A stretch of DNA of 64,000 bases from an uncultured Rhodospirillaceae bacterium (GCA_964574215.1 CAZNLR010000002.1:2003-66002), one strand, 5' to 3'; shown: positions 20,210 through 30,808, numbered from the stretch's first letter. Notes: generated by a model not told the origin, from the letters alone. Numbers and translations: made by a program.

Positions 20210-20758
20210 ATGGAAGTGGTTGAACGGTTACCGGTGATGAACGAACAAGCCTTTGAAACCATTATGGGCCAAACCCTGTGCGGCGATCTCGATATCAAGA
20301 TCGACCGGGAGGGTCTTTGGTTTTATCACGGCACACCCATTGGCCGCAAAGAACTCGTGAAACTTTTTGCTTCCGTGCTGCACAAAGACGAAGAGGGCCG
20401 GCACTGGCTGATTACCCCCGCGGAAAAGGGGGAAATTGTAGTGGAAGACGTTGCATTCCTTGCCATAGAGATGACTGTAAAAGGGCAGGGAAAGAGCCAG
20501 GAACTGGAATTTCGCACTAATGTTGACGATATTGTGATCGCCGGCGAGGAAAATCCCCTGCGAATCGAAGAGGATTTGCAGACCGGGGAGCCGTCACCCT
20601 ATATTGTAGTACGTGAACTGCTGGAAGCCCGTTTGAACCGGCCCGTTTTCTACCAATTGGTGGATTTGGGGGTGGAAGAAGAGATAAATGGCGAAAAGAT
20701 TTATGGCGTTTGGAGTAAGGGACAATTCTTTCAGATCGGAAAAATAACCGACCTTTAA
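20210..20758 (+). CDS. DUF1285-family protein
   Basis: 'IKIDREGLWFYHGTPIGRKELVKLFASVL' matches my recollection of DUF1285. The start is uncertain (20210 or 20237). Confidence 0.7.
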   Translation: MEVVERLPVMNEQAFETIMGQTLCGDLDIKIDREGLWFYHGTPIGRKELVKLFASVLHKDEEGRHWLITPAEKGEIVVEDVAFLAIEMTVKGQGKSQELEFRTNVDDIVIAGEENPLRIEEDLQTGEPSPYIVVRELLEARLNRPVFYQLVDLGVEEEINGEKIYGVWSKGQFFQIGKITDL

Positions 20759-20835
20759 CCCGGGACGATGTTATCCGTCAGGTCGAGGAAGTCCCCGTCT
20801 CGGGCCAACGGCGTTCCAATGAAGAGGCGGAGGAA

Positions 20836-21423
20836 GTGCTTCCCCCTTTTGAAAACCGGAATCCCTGGATCAGGGGCGACCGGCCTTTGAAGCCGGCTGC
20901 GGTGCTGGTCCCCTTGGTCGACCGGTCGGAAGGCATGACAGTCATCATGACCAAACGGACCGAGCACCTTGACAAGCATCCCGGCCAGATCAGTTTTCCC
21001 GGCGGCCGGGTCGACGATTCCGATCACGATGCGGAGCACACCGCTCTGAGGGAGACGGAAGAGGAAATCGGCCTCAAACCCAGTCAGTTTGAAGTCATCG
21101 GCCGGCTTGATGATTTCGTTGTCGGCACGGGCTTTCTGGTGACGCCGGTGATGGGTATCATTCAACCGCCCTTTGAGTACGACCCGCACGATCACGAAGT
21201 GGCGGAAATATTCGAAGCGCCCCTCGACTACATTATCGATCCGGAAAATTTTGAAGTTCATCAGAGGGAATTCTATGGTTCTATGATGAGTTATTTCGCC
21301 GTCACCTGGAACGACTATTTTATCTGGGGCGCCACGGCGGGCATGCTGCGGGTGCTGTCGGAACGGCTGTTGGGCCTTCCCGAGGGCTCGGCTCCCAGAA
21401 GCGATCCCGAAACCGGGGGATGA
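20836..21423 (+). CDS. NUDIX hydrolase, CoA-pyrophosphatase type
   Basis: NUDIX box 'GGRVDDSDHDAEHTALRETEEEIGL' is preceded by 'PGQISFPGG', typical of NudL-like CoA pyrophosphatases. GTG start; no ATG/GTG/TTG lies further upstream in frame. Confidence 0.85.
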   Translation: MLPPFENRNPWIRGDRPLKPAAVLVPLVDRSEGMTVIMTKRTEHLDKHPGQISFPGGRVDDSDHDAEHTALRETEEEIGLKPSQFEVIGRLDDFVVGTGFLVTPVMGIIQPPFEYDPHDHEVAEIFEAPLDYIIDPENFEVHQREFYGSMMSYFAVTWNDYFIWGATAGMLRVLSERLLGLPEGSAPRSDPETGG

Positions 21424-21426
21424 CGC

Positions 21427-21687
21427 TTGAGGATTTTTCTCCACGTTTTTCTGCCCCTTGTCGCGCCCGTCGCTCTTTATGCGTTGTGGTCGTACATCGA
21501 CGGCAAACGCAAAGGAAGGGGCCTGCCGGATTGGGAGGAGGGCCATTGGTTTTGGGTTCTGGTAGCCGGTTTCATATTCGCCGCCGCGTCCTTGATCTAC
21601 CTGACTACCTTGGGGGCTGAGCCAGGCGCCCAATACCAGTCGCCCCGCCTGGAAGACGGAAAAGTGGTGCCCGGGCGTTTCAAATAG
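21427..21687 (+). CDS. Small two-TM membrane protein (hypothetical)
   Basis: 86 aa with two hydrophobic helices. TTG start immediately after the NUDIX stop; start uncertain. Confidence 0.5.
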   Translation: MRIFLHVFLPLVAPVALYALWSYIDGKRKGRGLPDWEEGHWFWVLVAGFIFAAASLIYLTTLGAEPGAQYQSPRLEDGKVVPGRFK

Positions 21688-21718
21688 CCCCCTTCAGATA
21701 ACTTGGTGGAATTAAGCC

Positions 21719-23155
21719 ATGTCGTTTGACGACCTGATGAATCTGATCGAAGGACCCGGCGAATGGGCGATCGGGGTCGTCGGTGTCATTTTTCTATTGT
21801 TTATGATCGCCCGGCGCAAAAGCAATCGGCTGCGGGACCACAACAAACGGAAGGATCTAAGACAGGATCTGATCATCGAATGGACCCAGGGACCGGGCGG
21901 ACAGATTGCCGTGCAGCCGTGGATGGAAACGGACGAGGTCAAATCGGTTCTGGCGGCGATCACCAAGGACGGCAAAGAGGCGCGGTTTATCGGTGGGTGT
22001 GTGCGCGACGCCCTGCTCAAAAAGCCCGTCACCGATATCGACATCGCCACCCAGGAGACGCCCAGCCGGGTGATGGAACTTCTGGAAGAGGCCGGCCTTA
22101 AGGCCGTTCCCACCGGGATCGATCATGGTACGGTAACGGCGGTGGTCGGGGACGAAAGTTTCGAGATCACCACCTTGCGGAAAGATGTCGAGACGGACGG
22201 CCGGCACGCTGTCGTCGAATTTACCGAAGACTGGAAAACCGACGCCGCCCGCCGGGATTTTACCTTCAATACCCTGAGCGCCTCGCCTGACGGTATGGTG
22301 CACGACTACTTCAACGGCATTCAGGATCTGGCCAACCGGATTATCCGGTTTGTGGGACGTGTCGATCTGCGGATAGAGGAAGACAGGCTGCGCATCCTGC
22401 GTTACTTCCGGTTTATCGCCGTCTACGGCATGCGCATCGAAAATGCCTTCGAGTTCCAGACCTGTATCAATCAGTCGCACCATCTCAAAGAATTGTCAGC
22501 GGAGCGAATCCGGTCCGAGCTCTTTAAAATTCTCGATTCGGACAATCAGTTCGACGCCGTACGTCTGATGATCAACCATGGCATAATGGTGCATATTCTG
22601 CCGGAGGCCGCCCATGCCGAAAGGCTGCGCCGCATGACGTGGCTGGAAACCAGCGCCATCAAGTTCGACGCCGTCAAGCCGGCAACCATGCGCCGGCTGG
22701 CTGCGCTGATCGAAACCGATGAGCCAGGCGCGGAAAAATTGTGTGACCGGCTTAAGCTATCCAATAAGGATCGCCGCCGGCTGGTGGCGATGGCCGCTCC
22801 CGATTGGCAAGTTGATCCGGACCTCAGCGATGACAAATTGCGTGGTTGTTTGTATCGGCTTGGCGCTGAAACGGTGATCGATCAGGCGCTGCTGGAATGG
22901 GCGAGCCGCTTGATCATCACACCCAAACTGCCGCGCCAGCAAACCGACGGCTGGCTGGCCATCATCGCCACTGCCAATGATTGGGAGGACATTCCGTTTC
23001 CGCTGAGGGGGCAGGATGTCCTCGATCTTGGCGTCGCCGCCGGACCGGCGGTGTCAGACTACTTGCAGCCGGTCGAGGAATGGTGGGTTGCCGGCGGCTG
23101 CCGGGCCGACCGGACGGCCTGCCTGACCCGGCTCAGAGAAGGCGTGGACGCCTGA
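21719..23155 (+). CDS. cca: CCA tRNA nucleotidyltransferase (poly(A) polymerase family) with a possible N-terminal TM extension
   Basis: 'ARFIGGCVRDALLKKPVTDIDIAT', 'GIDHGTVT' and 'RRDFTFN'. GGTGGA lies 8 nt upstream of the ATG at 21719. The conserved domain only begins around codon 60. Confidence 0.88.
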   Translation: MSFDDLMNLIEGPGEWAIGVVGVIFLLFMIARRKSNRLRDHNKRKDLRQDLIIEWTQGPGGQIAVQPWMETDEVKSVLAAITKDGKEARFIGGCVRDALLKKPVTDIDIATQETPSRVMELLEEAGLKAVPTGIDHGTVTAVVGDESFEITTLRKDVETDGRHAVVEFTEDWKTDAARRDFTFNTLSASPDGMVHDYFNGIQDLANRIIRFVGRVDLRIEEDRLRILRYFRFIAVYGMRIENAFEFQTCINQSHHLKELSAERIRSELFKILDSDNQFDAVRLMINHGIMVHILPEAAHAERLRRMTWLETSAIKFDAVKPATMRRLAALIETDEPGAEKLCDRLKLSNKDRRRLVAMAAPDWQVDPDLSDDKLRGCLYRLGAETVIDQALLEWASRLIITPKLPRQQTDGWLAIIATANDWEDIPFPLRGQDVLDLGVAAGPAVSDYLQPVEEWWVAGGCRADRTACLTRLREGVDA

Positions 23156-23257
23156 TCCCATATATTCATTTTTATTAAGACATATTGATTTCCTATAATT
23201 TTTTGCATAGCCTCCGCCAGGAGTCCCACCGCGACAAAAATTTTGGATAATATTCAC

Positions 23258-24661
23258 ATGCTCGATCAATCCTTCCGCACCATGCTGGCCAATCTTGAAC
23301 AACAAGGCGAACTGATCCGATTTACCAAGGAGATAGATCCCTTATCGGATATGTCGGCGGTCGAATGGAAAGCGTTCAACGAGCTCGGTAAGGCCAGTCT
23401 TTTTACATCGATAAAAGGTCATCCCGGTTGGCAGGCCTGTAGTCAGATCGTCGGCGATCGGCGCAAGTGGGCCATTGGTCTCGGTGTCGAGGAAGACGAT
23501 CTTCTGGACGTTCTCGCCAAGCGATTCGAGACCTTTATCGATCCGGAAATGACGGAAGACAATGGGGCGCCGGTCAAAGAGATGAAAGTAACCGGCGACG
23601 ATATCGATCTGTTTGATTTTCCTACCCAGCACACCTCGGAAAAGGACGGCGGCCGCTATTTCGCGTCGGGGATTGCCTTCATCAAGGACCCCGACACGGG
23701 TATCCGCAATATCTCGGTTCACCGCCAGCACATCACGGGCAAGGACAAAACCGGCTTTATCATGGTGCCCCGCCAGGCGCGGCGGATTTACGAAAAGTAT
23801 CGTGAGCGCGGCGAAGCTATGCCGGTGGCCATGGTCTACGGTGTTCATCCGGCGATTTTTTACGCCTCGTCCTTTACCTTGCCTTTCGGTCAGGACGAAC
23901 TGGCCATGGCGGGTGGCATGATGGGCGAACCGGTCAGGCTGGTGAAATGCGAGACCCTCGACATGGAAGTGCCCGCCGAAGCGGAAATCGTTATCGAAGG
24001 CGAGGTCCATCCCACCGAAATCGAACCCGAGGGTCCGTACGGGGAAGTAACCGGCACCTATGCCGGCGCTGGTGAATCAGAGGTATTCCACGCCAAGACC
24101 ATCACCAGGCGGAAAGATGCCATATTCTATGCGCTGCACTGCGGCTTTCCGGTGACCGAGGCCCAATCAACCATGGGGATCGGCATTGAGATCGCCACCA
24201 TGACCCACCTAAAAAGCGTCGAGGGCGGCATCGATCTCCTGGATGTTAGGGCGATCACAGCGGCGGGGGATATGATGCTGGTGCTCAAACTGGGCAATCA
24301 CCATCCCGGCCAGGCCAAAACCGCGCTGATGGCGGCGCTTTCCGGTCCTTATCTCCATCCCAAGATCGCCATTGCCGTCGACCGGGATGTGGACGCCAAC
24401 GATCTTCGCCAGGTGGCCTGGGCCATGACCACCAGGGTCCATGCCGAGCGGGATGTTACCCTGCTGCCCAATACGCGGGTGTTCGCGCTCGACAATATCT
24501 CGCCGGTGGCGCCGGGCATGGGCAGTTTCGCCCGGGTCGGCACCAAATGGATGATCGACGCCACCATCCCGGCTCACCTCAACGAAGAAGAACGCTCCCA
24601 TTTCGAACCGGCCATGCCGAAGAATTTCGACAAGGTGAACCTGGATGACTACCTGCCTTAA
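23258..24661 (+). CDS. UbiD-family (prenyl-FMN-dependent) decarboxylase
   Basis: 'GGRYFASGIAFIKDPDTGIRNISVHRQ' and 'EGPYGEVTGTY' are UbiD-family blocks. ATG at 23258; the ORF track starts at TTG 23243. Confidence 0.8.
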   Translation: MLDQSFRTMLANLEQQGELIRFTKEIDPLSDMSAVEWKAFNELGKASLFTSIKGHPGWQACSQIVGDRRKWAIGLGVEEDDLLDVLAKRFETFIDPEMTEDNGAPVKEMKVTGDDIDLFDFPTQHTSEKDGGRYFASGIAFIKDPDTGIRNISVHRQHITGKDKTGFIMVPRQARRIYEKYRERGEAMPVAMVYGVHPAIFYASSFTLPFGQDELAMAGGMMGEPVRLVKCETLDMEVPAEAEIVIEGEVHPTEIEPEGPYGEVTGTYAGAGESEVFHAKTITRRKDAIFYALHCGFPVTEAQSTMGIGIEIATMTHLKSVEGGIDLLDVRAITAAGDMMLVLKLGNHHPGQAKTALMAALSGPYLHPKIAIAVDRDVDANDLRQVAWAMTTRVHAERDVTLLPNTRVFALDNISPVAPGMGSFARVGTKWMIDATIPAHLNEEERSHFEPAMPKNFDKVNLDDYLP

Positions 24662-24665
24662 TCGT

Positions 24666-24690
24666 TTAATTTATCGACTGTCGGAAATTA
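24666..24690. repeat. AT-rich palindrome, copy 3 (degenerate right arm)
   Basis: TTAATTTATCGACTGTCG (24666-24683) is identical to 2396-2413. It lies between the convergent stops of the UbiD-family gene (24661) and trmL (24699). Confidence 0.8.
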
Positions 24691-24698
24691 ACCCTAAC

Positions 24699-25154
24699 CT
24701 ATGGCATTGAAAAACCATCCGTCTGTCGCAACGCCTCGCCCAGGACCATGGCGGCGGCGGTGGCGATGTTGAGGGAGCGGAGGCCGGGGCTCATGGGGAT
24801 GGTGAGACGAACCGTGGCGGCATCATGGACATGATCGGGAACGCCGGCACTTTCGCTGCCCAATAATAGAGTATCGTTGCCGGAAAACTCGAAATTCACA
24901 TAACTTTGATCTGCTTTGGTGGTCAGCAGGATAAGCCGCGATTGGCCTTTATTTTCGACAAAATCCCTCCAGGAATCGTGGCGAATCAGTGAAACCCGGT
25001 CGATATAATCCATGCCCGCCCGCTTAAGCCGCCGGTCGGAAAAAACGAAACCGCAAGGCTCAATGATATCGACACCCAACCCGAAACAGGCGGCGAGACG
25101 AAGGATCGTACCGGTATTTTGCGGAATATCAGGCTCGAAGAGGGCCAATCGCAT
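24699..25154 (-). CDS. trmL: tRNA (cytidine/uridine-34 2'-O)-methyltransferase TrmL (SpoU family)
   Basis: 151 aa. 'LALFEPDIPQNTGTILRLAACFG', 'LLLGSESAG' and 'IPMSPGLRSLNIATAAAMVLGEA'. Confidence 0.9.
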   Translation of the reverse strand: MRLALFEPDIPQNTGTILRLAACFGLGVDIIEPCGFVFSDRRLKRAGMDYIDRVSLIRHDSWRDFVENKGQSRLILLTTKADQSYVNFEFSGNDTLLLGSESAGVPDHVHDAATVRLTIPMSPGLRSLNIATAAAMVLGEALRQTDGFSMP

Positions 25155-25462
25155 GGAAACCTCATATGTTTTATAGGTTATAATGGGCCGTAAACGGGGG
25201 TATTTACCCTTTTCTCGGCCAAATTTCTAGATTATACCTTTGCCGTCATTTTACGCAGGCGCGCCAATTGCGGCGTTTCCTGTCACGCCAACAGAAAAAA
25301 GGAGTCCAGCATCAACTTCGAGGTGCCCCGATATCCGAAAAAAGGACAATTCGAATAAATGCGCCGGACTATTTTATTTCGCGGAAAAAACCCCATTTAA
25401 TTTAATTAAATTAGCTCGTAGGACCATCATCCGGATTATCCGGTGTGAAAAAGGAAAGAAGT

Positions 25463-26014
25463 ATGGCTGATACAGCAACCACAGCAGACGGCGCTCCCAG
25501 TGAAGACACACGCCGAGATTTTCTGCTGATTTCAACGGTCGCCGTCGGCGCCGTGGGTACGGCGCTTGCCGCCTGGCCGTTTATCGACAATATGAACCCG
25601 TCCAAGGACGTTCTGGCGCTGGCCTCGACCGAGGTCGATCTGTCGCCCATCGAAGAGGGACAGGCGATCACGGTCATCTGGCGCGGCAAACCGATCTTTA
25701 TCCGCAAGCGGACGAAAAAAGAGATCGACGCCGCCAAAGCCGTCAAACCGACCGAGCTGAAAGATCCCGAGACCGACGACAAGCGCGTTCAGAAAGACGA
25801 ATGGCTGGTCATGGTCGGAATCTGCACTCATCTGGGCTGCATCCCGGCGGGTCAGAAAACCGGCGACACCAAGGGTGAATTCGACGGTTGGTTCTGTCCT
25901 TGCCACGGTTCGCACTACGATACATCCGGCCGCATCCGCAAGGGTCCGGCGCCGAAGAATTTGGCCATCCCGCCGTATAAATTCCTCGATGACACCAACA
26001 TTTTGATCGGTTAG
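25463..26014 (+). CDS. petA: Ubiquinol-cytochrome c reductase Rieske iron-sulfur subunit
   Basis: 'CTHLGCIP' and 'CPCHGSHYD' Rieske boxes. Tat-like/TM N-terminus '[16 protein letters not shown]'. An AAGGAAAGAAG purine tract precedes the ATG at 25463. Confidence 0.93.
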   Translation: MADTATTADGAPSEDTRRDFLLISTVAVGAVGTALAAWPFIDNMNPSKDVLALASTEVDLSPIEEGQAITVIWRGKPIFIRKRTKKEIDAAKAVKPTELKDPETDDKRVQKDEWLVMVGICTHLGCIPAGQKTGDTKGEFDGWFCPCHGSHYDTSGRIRKGPAPKNLAIPPYKFLDDTNILIG

Positions 26015-26024
26015 GGGGCGGATC

Positions 26025-27302
26025 ATGAGCACACCAACCTGGAATAACCCGATCATCAAATGGATCGATCACCGCTTGCCGGTTTTTACCTTCGTCCATC
26101 ACGATCTGGTTGATTACCCGACACCCAAGAACCTGAATTACTGGTGGAACTTCGGCTCATTGGCCGGAATTGTTTTGGTCATTATGATTGCCACCGGCAT
26201 TTTCCTCGCCATGAACTATGTCCCTCACGTGGATTACGCTTTCGATTCCGTCGAACGCATTATGCGCGATGTCAATTACGGCTGGCTTATGCGTTATGTA
26301 CATATGAACGGCGGGTCGATGTTCTTTATCTGCGTCTATATTCATATCTTCAGAGGCATGTATTACGGCTCCTACAAGGAACCCCGCGAGCTGCTGTGGA
26401 TCATCGGCATCTTTATTTTCCTGGCCATGATGGCAACCGCCTTTGTCGGTTATGTGTTGCCGTGGGGCCAGATGAGCTTCTGGGGCGCGACCGTCATCAC
26501 CAACCTGTTCTCGGTGGTGCCGTTCTTCGGCGAGGCCATCGTCAACTGGCTGTGGGGCGGTTTCTCGGTCGACAATCCGACCTTGAACCGGTTCTTCTCG
26601 TTCCACTATTTGCTGCCCTTTATTATTTTCGCCCTGGTGTTCCTGCATCTCTGGGCGTTGCATACCCACAAATCCAGCAATCCGCTAGGCATTGATGTGA
26701 AGGGCGACGAGGACACCATCCCGTTCCATCCCTACTATACCGCCAAAGACACCTTCGGCCTGGGCGTGCTCCTGATTTTCTTCATGGGCTTCACCTTCTT
26801 TGCACCCAACTTTTTCGGCGAGCCGGAAAACTACATCCCGGCCAACCCCCTGGTGACGCCGGCGGCAATCGTGCCGGAATGGTACTTCCTGCCCTATTAT
26901 GCGATCCTGCGTGCCGTGCCCGATAATTTCATCGATATCTGGGGCATTCTGCCGGTGATCATTCCGGCCAAAACGGCCGGCGTTATCGCCATGTTCGCAT
27001 CGATTTTTCTGCTTGCGCTGCTGCCGTGGCTTGACACGTCGAAAGTCAGGAGTGCCAAGTTCCGCCCCATCTACAAGCAGTTATTCTGGATTTTCATCAT
27101 CGATTGTTTCGTGCTCGGCTATATCGGTGCAAAACCCGCGGAGGGCCATTTCCTGGTCATCGGGCGAATTGCCTCGGCGTATTACTTCCTGCATCTGATG
27201 GTGTTCATTCCCCTTGTCGGGTGGTTTGAAAAAACCAGGCCCGTGCCCGAAAGCATCAGTGCTGCGGTGACCGCCGCAGGATCTGATGGAAAGGAGGGCT
27301 GA
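26025..27302 (+). CDS. petB: Cytochrome b
   Basis: 425 aa. '[13 protein letters not shown]', '[12 protein letters not shown]' and '[13 protein letters not shown]' are canonical cytochrome b motifs. Confidence 0.95.
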   Translation: MSTPTWNNPIIKWIDHRLPVFTFVHHDLVDYPTPKNLNYWWNFGSLAGIVLVIMIATGIFLAMNYVPHVDYAFDSVERIMRDVNYGWLMRYVHMNGGSMFFICVYIHIFRGMYYGSYKEPRELLWIIGIFIFLAMMATAFVGYVLPWGQMSFWGATVITNLFSVVPFFGEAIVNWLWGGFSVDNPTLNRFFSFHYLLPFIIFALVFLHLWALHTHKSSNPLGIDVKGDEDTIPFHPYYTAKDTFGLGVLLIFFMGFTFFAPNFFGEPENYIPANPLVTPAAIVPEWYFLPYYAILRAVPDNFIDIWGILPVIIPAKTAGVIAMFASIFLLALLPWLDTSKVRSAKFRPIYKQLFWIFIIDCFVLGYIGAKPAEGHFLVIGRIASAYYFLHLMVFIPLVGWFEKTRPVPESISAAVTAAGSDGKEG

Positions 27303-27305
27303 GCC

Positions 27306-28094
27306 ATGTTGAAAAAACCATTTTTCGCCGCTGTTGCAGTCGCTCTCGCCCTTTCCTTTGGCGCCGGTCATGTGTTGGCGGCAGGCAAAGCCACACCGCC
27401 GCCAAAACAGAAATGGTCGACGGACGGTTTCTTCGGCTCGTTCGACCGGGGGCAGTTGAAGCGCGGCTATCAGGTCTATCAGGAGATTTGCGCGTCCTGC
27501 CATTCTATCCGGTTGATTTATTACCGTAATCTTCAGGAAATCGGCTTTACGGAAACCGAGGTGAAGAAAATCGCCGCCGAGTTCGAGGTGCCGGCCGGTC
27601 CCAACGAAGACGGCGAAACCCACGAGGATGGCGAACCGATCATGCGCAAGGCCAAACCCTTCGACAAGATCGTCAAACCCTTCCCCAACGACAATGCGTC
27701 GCGGTCGGCCAATGCGGGCGCTTTGCCGCCGGATTTGTCCCTGATAACCAAGTCCCGGCATGGCTTTGCCGACTATATCTATGCTTTGATGGTTGGCTAC
27801 AAGGATGCGCCGGATGGCTTCGAGCTGCAGGAGGGAATGAACTACAACGAGTACTTCCCCGGCCACCAGATTGCCATGGGCGAGCCCTTGAGTGACGAAG
27901 GCGTGGAATATGCCGACGGTACCAAGGCGACCGTTGATCAGCAGGCCCGTGACATCACAGCATTTCTGATCTGGACCGCAGAGCCGGAACTGGAAGAGCG
28001 CAAACGCATGGGTGTCAAGGTATTGATCTTCCTGCTCGTTTTCACCGCCATGCTCTATGCGGTTAAGCGGCAGGTTTGGTCAGACCAGCACTAA
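27306..28094 (+). CDS. petC: Cytochrome c1
   Basis: Signal peptide, haem-binding 'CASCHS', 'PPDLSLI' and a C-terminal TM anchor. Confidence 0.92.
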   Translation: MLKKPFFAAVAVALALSFGAGHVLAAGKATPPPKQKWSTDGFFGSFDRGQLKRGYQVYQEICASCHSIRLIYYRNLQEIGFTETEVKKIAAEFEVPAGPNEDGETHEDGEPIMRKAKPFDKIVKPFPNDNASRSANAGALPPDLSLITKSRHGFADYIYALMVGYKDAPDGFELQEGMNYNEYFPGHQIAMGEPLSDEGVEYADGTKATVDQQARDITAFLIWTAEPELEERKRMGVKVLIFLLVFTAMLYAVKRQVWSDQH

Positions 28095-28115
28095 GAACAA
28101 ATTATTGCCAAAATT

Positions 28116-28157
28116 GGGCGTTTGGATAGGTTATGACTATTCAAACGCCCTTTTTTT
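28116..28157 (+). terminator. Rho-independent terminator after petC
   Basis: GGGCGTTTG (28116-28124) pairs with CAAACGCCC (28142-28150) and is followed by TTTTTTT (28151-28157). Confidence 0.8.
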
Positions 28158-28207
28158 GGCGCCCTTTTTATCAGGCGACAAAGAAGAATAAATTCTAGGA
28201 GAATAAA

Positions 28208-28801
28208 ATGAAACAACTGTTCCTCTCACTCTTACCCCTGGTGGCGGCCTTCGCCCTGTTCGGTACGATAACCAGTTCATCCGAAGCCGCCGGCAAACCG
28301 AAGGTCCTGTTTCAAACCTCCATGGGCGATTTTACGGTGGAGTTGGAGCCGGCACTGGCGCCCCAGACGGTTGAGAATTTCCTCAACTATGTGCGTAAGG
28401 GCCATTACGACGGCACTATTTTTCACAGGGTGATCAAAGGCTTTATGATCCAGGGCGGTGGCTTCGATCTGGAGTTCGATCGCCAGGCGACAGGGGACCC
28501 GATTGCCAACGAGGCCGACAAGGGATTGCCCAACGAGCGCGGCACCATCGCCATGGCGCGGACGTCAGATCCCCATTCGGCCACCGACCAGTTTTTCGTC
28601 AACACCGTTCTCAACCGATTTCTCGATCATCGCGGTAAAACGCAGCAAGGTTGGGGATATACGGCTTTCGGCCGGGTGATCGACGGCATGAATATCGTCG
28701 GCCGTATCGGCCGCGTGGCGACCGGCCCGGCGGGACCGTTCCCGTCCGACGTGCCGGTGGAACCGGTGGTCATCAAAAAAGCGAAAATCACATCCGAATA
28801 A
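28208..28801 (+). CDS. ppiA: Periplasmic cyclophilin-type peptidyl-prolyl isomerase
   Basis: Signal peptide, 'FHRVIKGFMIQGGG', 'GTIAMAR' and 'QFFVN'. Confidence 0.9.
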   Translation: MKQLFLSLLPLVAAFALFGTITSSSEAAGKPKVLFQTSMGDFTVELEPALAPQTVENFLNYVRKGHYDGTIFHRVIKGFMIQGGGFDLEFDRQATGDPIANEADKGLPNERGTIAMARTSDPHSATDQFFVNTVLNRFLDHRGKTQQGWGYTAFGRVIDGMNIVGRIGRVATGPAGPFPSDVPVEPVVIKKAKITSE

Positions 28802-28824
28802 CAGGGTAACTCAGGGGATAAATT

Positions 28825-29712
28825 ATGAGCGACGTAAAATCGCCGGTCATCGGCGTCATCGGCGGCAGCGGTCTTTATGAAATTGACGGACTGGCCAACA
28901 CGCGGTGGGAGAGGGTGTCTTCTCCTTTCGGTGAAACCTCGGACGAGTTTCTGTTTGGAGAGTTGGAGGGCCAGCAAATGGTGTTTTTGCCCCGCCACTC
29001 CAGGGGGCATAAAATCCCGCCGTCGGAATTGAATTTTCGCGCCAACATCGACGCCCTCAAGCGGGCCGGCGTGACCGAGATCATTTCGCTCTCGGCCTGC
29101 GGATCGTTCAAGGACGAGCTCGACCCCGGCACCTTTGTGATCGTCGACCAGTTCATCGACCGCACCTTCGCCCGCGTCAAAAGCTTCTTTCAGACCGGCA
29201 TGGTGGCCCATGTGGGTTTCGGCCATCCGGTTTGTTCGCGCCTGGGTGATGCCCTGGAAGCAGGGGCCAAGGGCCTGGGCATAAAAACGGTCCGGGGCGG
29301 CACCTACGTGGCCATGGAAGGTCCCCAGTTCTCCACCCTGGCGGAATCCAACCTCTACAAATCCTGGGGCTGCGACGTGATCGGCATGACCAACATGCCC
29401 GAAGCCAAGCTCGCCCGGGAAGCCGAGATTTGCTACGCCACCGTGGCTATGGTGACCGACTTCGATTGCTGGCATCCCGACCACGACCACGTCACGGTGG
29501 ACGCCATCATCAAGGTGCTACTGGGCAACGCCGACAATGCCAAGAACCTGGTTCAGGAAGTCGCGCCCAAACTGACCGGGCGGACGGAGCTTTGCTCCGA
29601 CGGCTGCCACACGGCCCTGGAAAACGCCCTCATCACCGCCCCCGAAGCCCGCGACCCCGAGGTGTTGGCCAAGCTGGACACCGTAGCGGGCCGGGTTTTG
29701 GCGGAAGGATAG
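28825..29712 (+). CDS. mtnP: S-methyl-5'-thioadenosine phosphorylase
   Basis: '[10 protein letters not shown]', 'FLPRHSRGH', '[13 protein letters not shown]' and '[15 protein letters not shown]'. Confidence 0.9.
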   Translation: MSDVKSPVIGVIGGSGLYEIDGLANTRWERVSSPFGETSDEFLFGELEGQQMVFLPRHSRGHKIPPSELNFRANIDALKRAGVTEIISLSACGSFKDELDPGTFVIVDQFIDRTFARVKSFFQTGMVAHVGFGHPVCSRLGDALEAGAKGLGIKTVRGGTYVAMEGPQFSTLAESNLYKSWGCDVIGMTNMPEAKLAREAEICYATVAMVTDFDCWHPDHDHVTVDAIIKVLLGNADNAKNLVQEVAPKLTGRTELCSDGCHTALENALITAPEARDPEVLAKLDTVAGRVLAEG

Positions 29713-29716
29713 ACCC

Positions 29717-30808
29717 ATGAAAGTCAACGGCGTACCCTACCGTACCATTTGGCTGGCCGAGGACGGCTGGGGGGTGGAGATCATCGATCAGACCAAGCTG
29801 CCCCACGAATTCGAAGTGGTCCGGATGGAAACCATGCAGGACGCGGCGGTGGCCATCAAGGATATGCTGGTGCGGGGCGCGCCCTTGATCGGGGCGACCG
29901 CTGCCTATGGGGTGGCTTTGGCCATGCGGGAGGATTCCTCCGATGCCAATCTCAAATCTATGTACGACGCCTTGTTCGCAACGCGTCCCACGGCGGTCAA
30001 TCTGCGCTGGGCGCTGGATGATCTGAAAGCGCTGCTGACGCCCTTACCGGAAGGGGAGCGGGAAGCCGCCGCTTATAAACGCGCCGCCGAAATTTGCGAC
30101 GAAGACGTGGAGATTTGCTCCAACATCGGTGAGCACGGCGCCACCATCATCAAAGAGATGGCCAATAGGAAGAATGGTGAAACGGTCAATATCCTGACCC
30201 ACTGCAACGCCGGCTGGCTGGCGACGGTGGATTGGGGCACGGCTCTGGCACCCATTTACAAGGCTTTCAACGCCGGTATCGATGTTCATGTCTGGGCGGA
30301 CGAGACCCGGCCCCGCAACCAGGGCGCCAGCCTGACGGCCTGGGAATTGGGTCAGCATGGGGTGCCGCATACGGTCATCGTCGACAATGTGGGCGGCCAT
30401 TTGATGCAGCACGGCCAAGTCGATCTGGTTATCACCGGTACCGACCGCACCACCTACACCGGCGATGTCTGCAATAAGATCGGCACTTATCTGAAGGCGC
30501 TGGCCGCCCATGATAACGGCGTGCCATTCTATGTGGGTTTGCCGTCGCCCACCATCGACTGGACGGTGGAGGACGGGGTTAAGGAAATTCCCATCGAACA
30601 ACGGGATGCCACCGAAGTCACGGTTATGACGGGCTTGGATGCATCGGGCGGGGTCAGCAACGTCACAATCACGCCCCAAGGCAGCAATGCCGCCAACTAC
30701 GCCTTCGACGTCACGCCGAGGCGCCTGGTTACCGGATTGATCACTGAACGGGGTATTTCAGAAGCCAGTTCCGATGGATTGAAGGCATTGTTTCCGGAGA
30801 TGGCGTAA
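29717..30808 (+). CDS. mtnA: S-methyl-5-thioribose-1-phosphate isomerase
   Basis: '[15 protein letters not shown]', '[10 protein letters not shown]', 'LTHCNAG' and '[18 protein letters not shown]' (eIF-2B-like family). Confidence 0.9.
   Translation: MKVNGVPYRTIWLAEDGWGVEIIDQTKLPHEFEVVRMETMQDAAVAIKDMLVRGAPLIGATAAYGVALAMREDSSDANLKSMYDALFATRPTAVNLRWALDDLKALLTPLPEGEREAAAYKRAAEICDEDVEICSNIGEHGATIIKEMANRKNGETVNILTHCNAGWLATVDWGTALAPIYKAFNAGIDVHVWADETRPRNQGASLTAWELGQHGVPHTVIVDNVGGHLMQHGQVDLVITGTDRTTYTGDVCNKIGTYLKALAAHDNGVPFYVGLPSPTIDWTVEDGVKEIPIEQRDATEVTVMTGLDASGGVSNVTITPQGSNAANYAFDVTPRRLVTGLITERGISEASSDGLKALFPEMA

Noticed and set aside
25240-25470. 76-aa ORF in the 300-bp trmL-petA intergenic region, and the ORF-track petA start at 25445
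   Set aside because: The ORF has a low-complexity, AT-rich translation with no SD, and it runs into the petA start. The petA ATG at 25463 has the purine-rich SD and gives the expected N-terminus.
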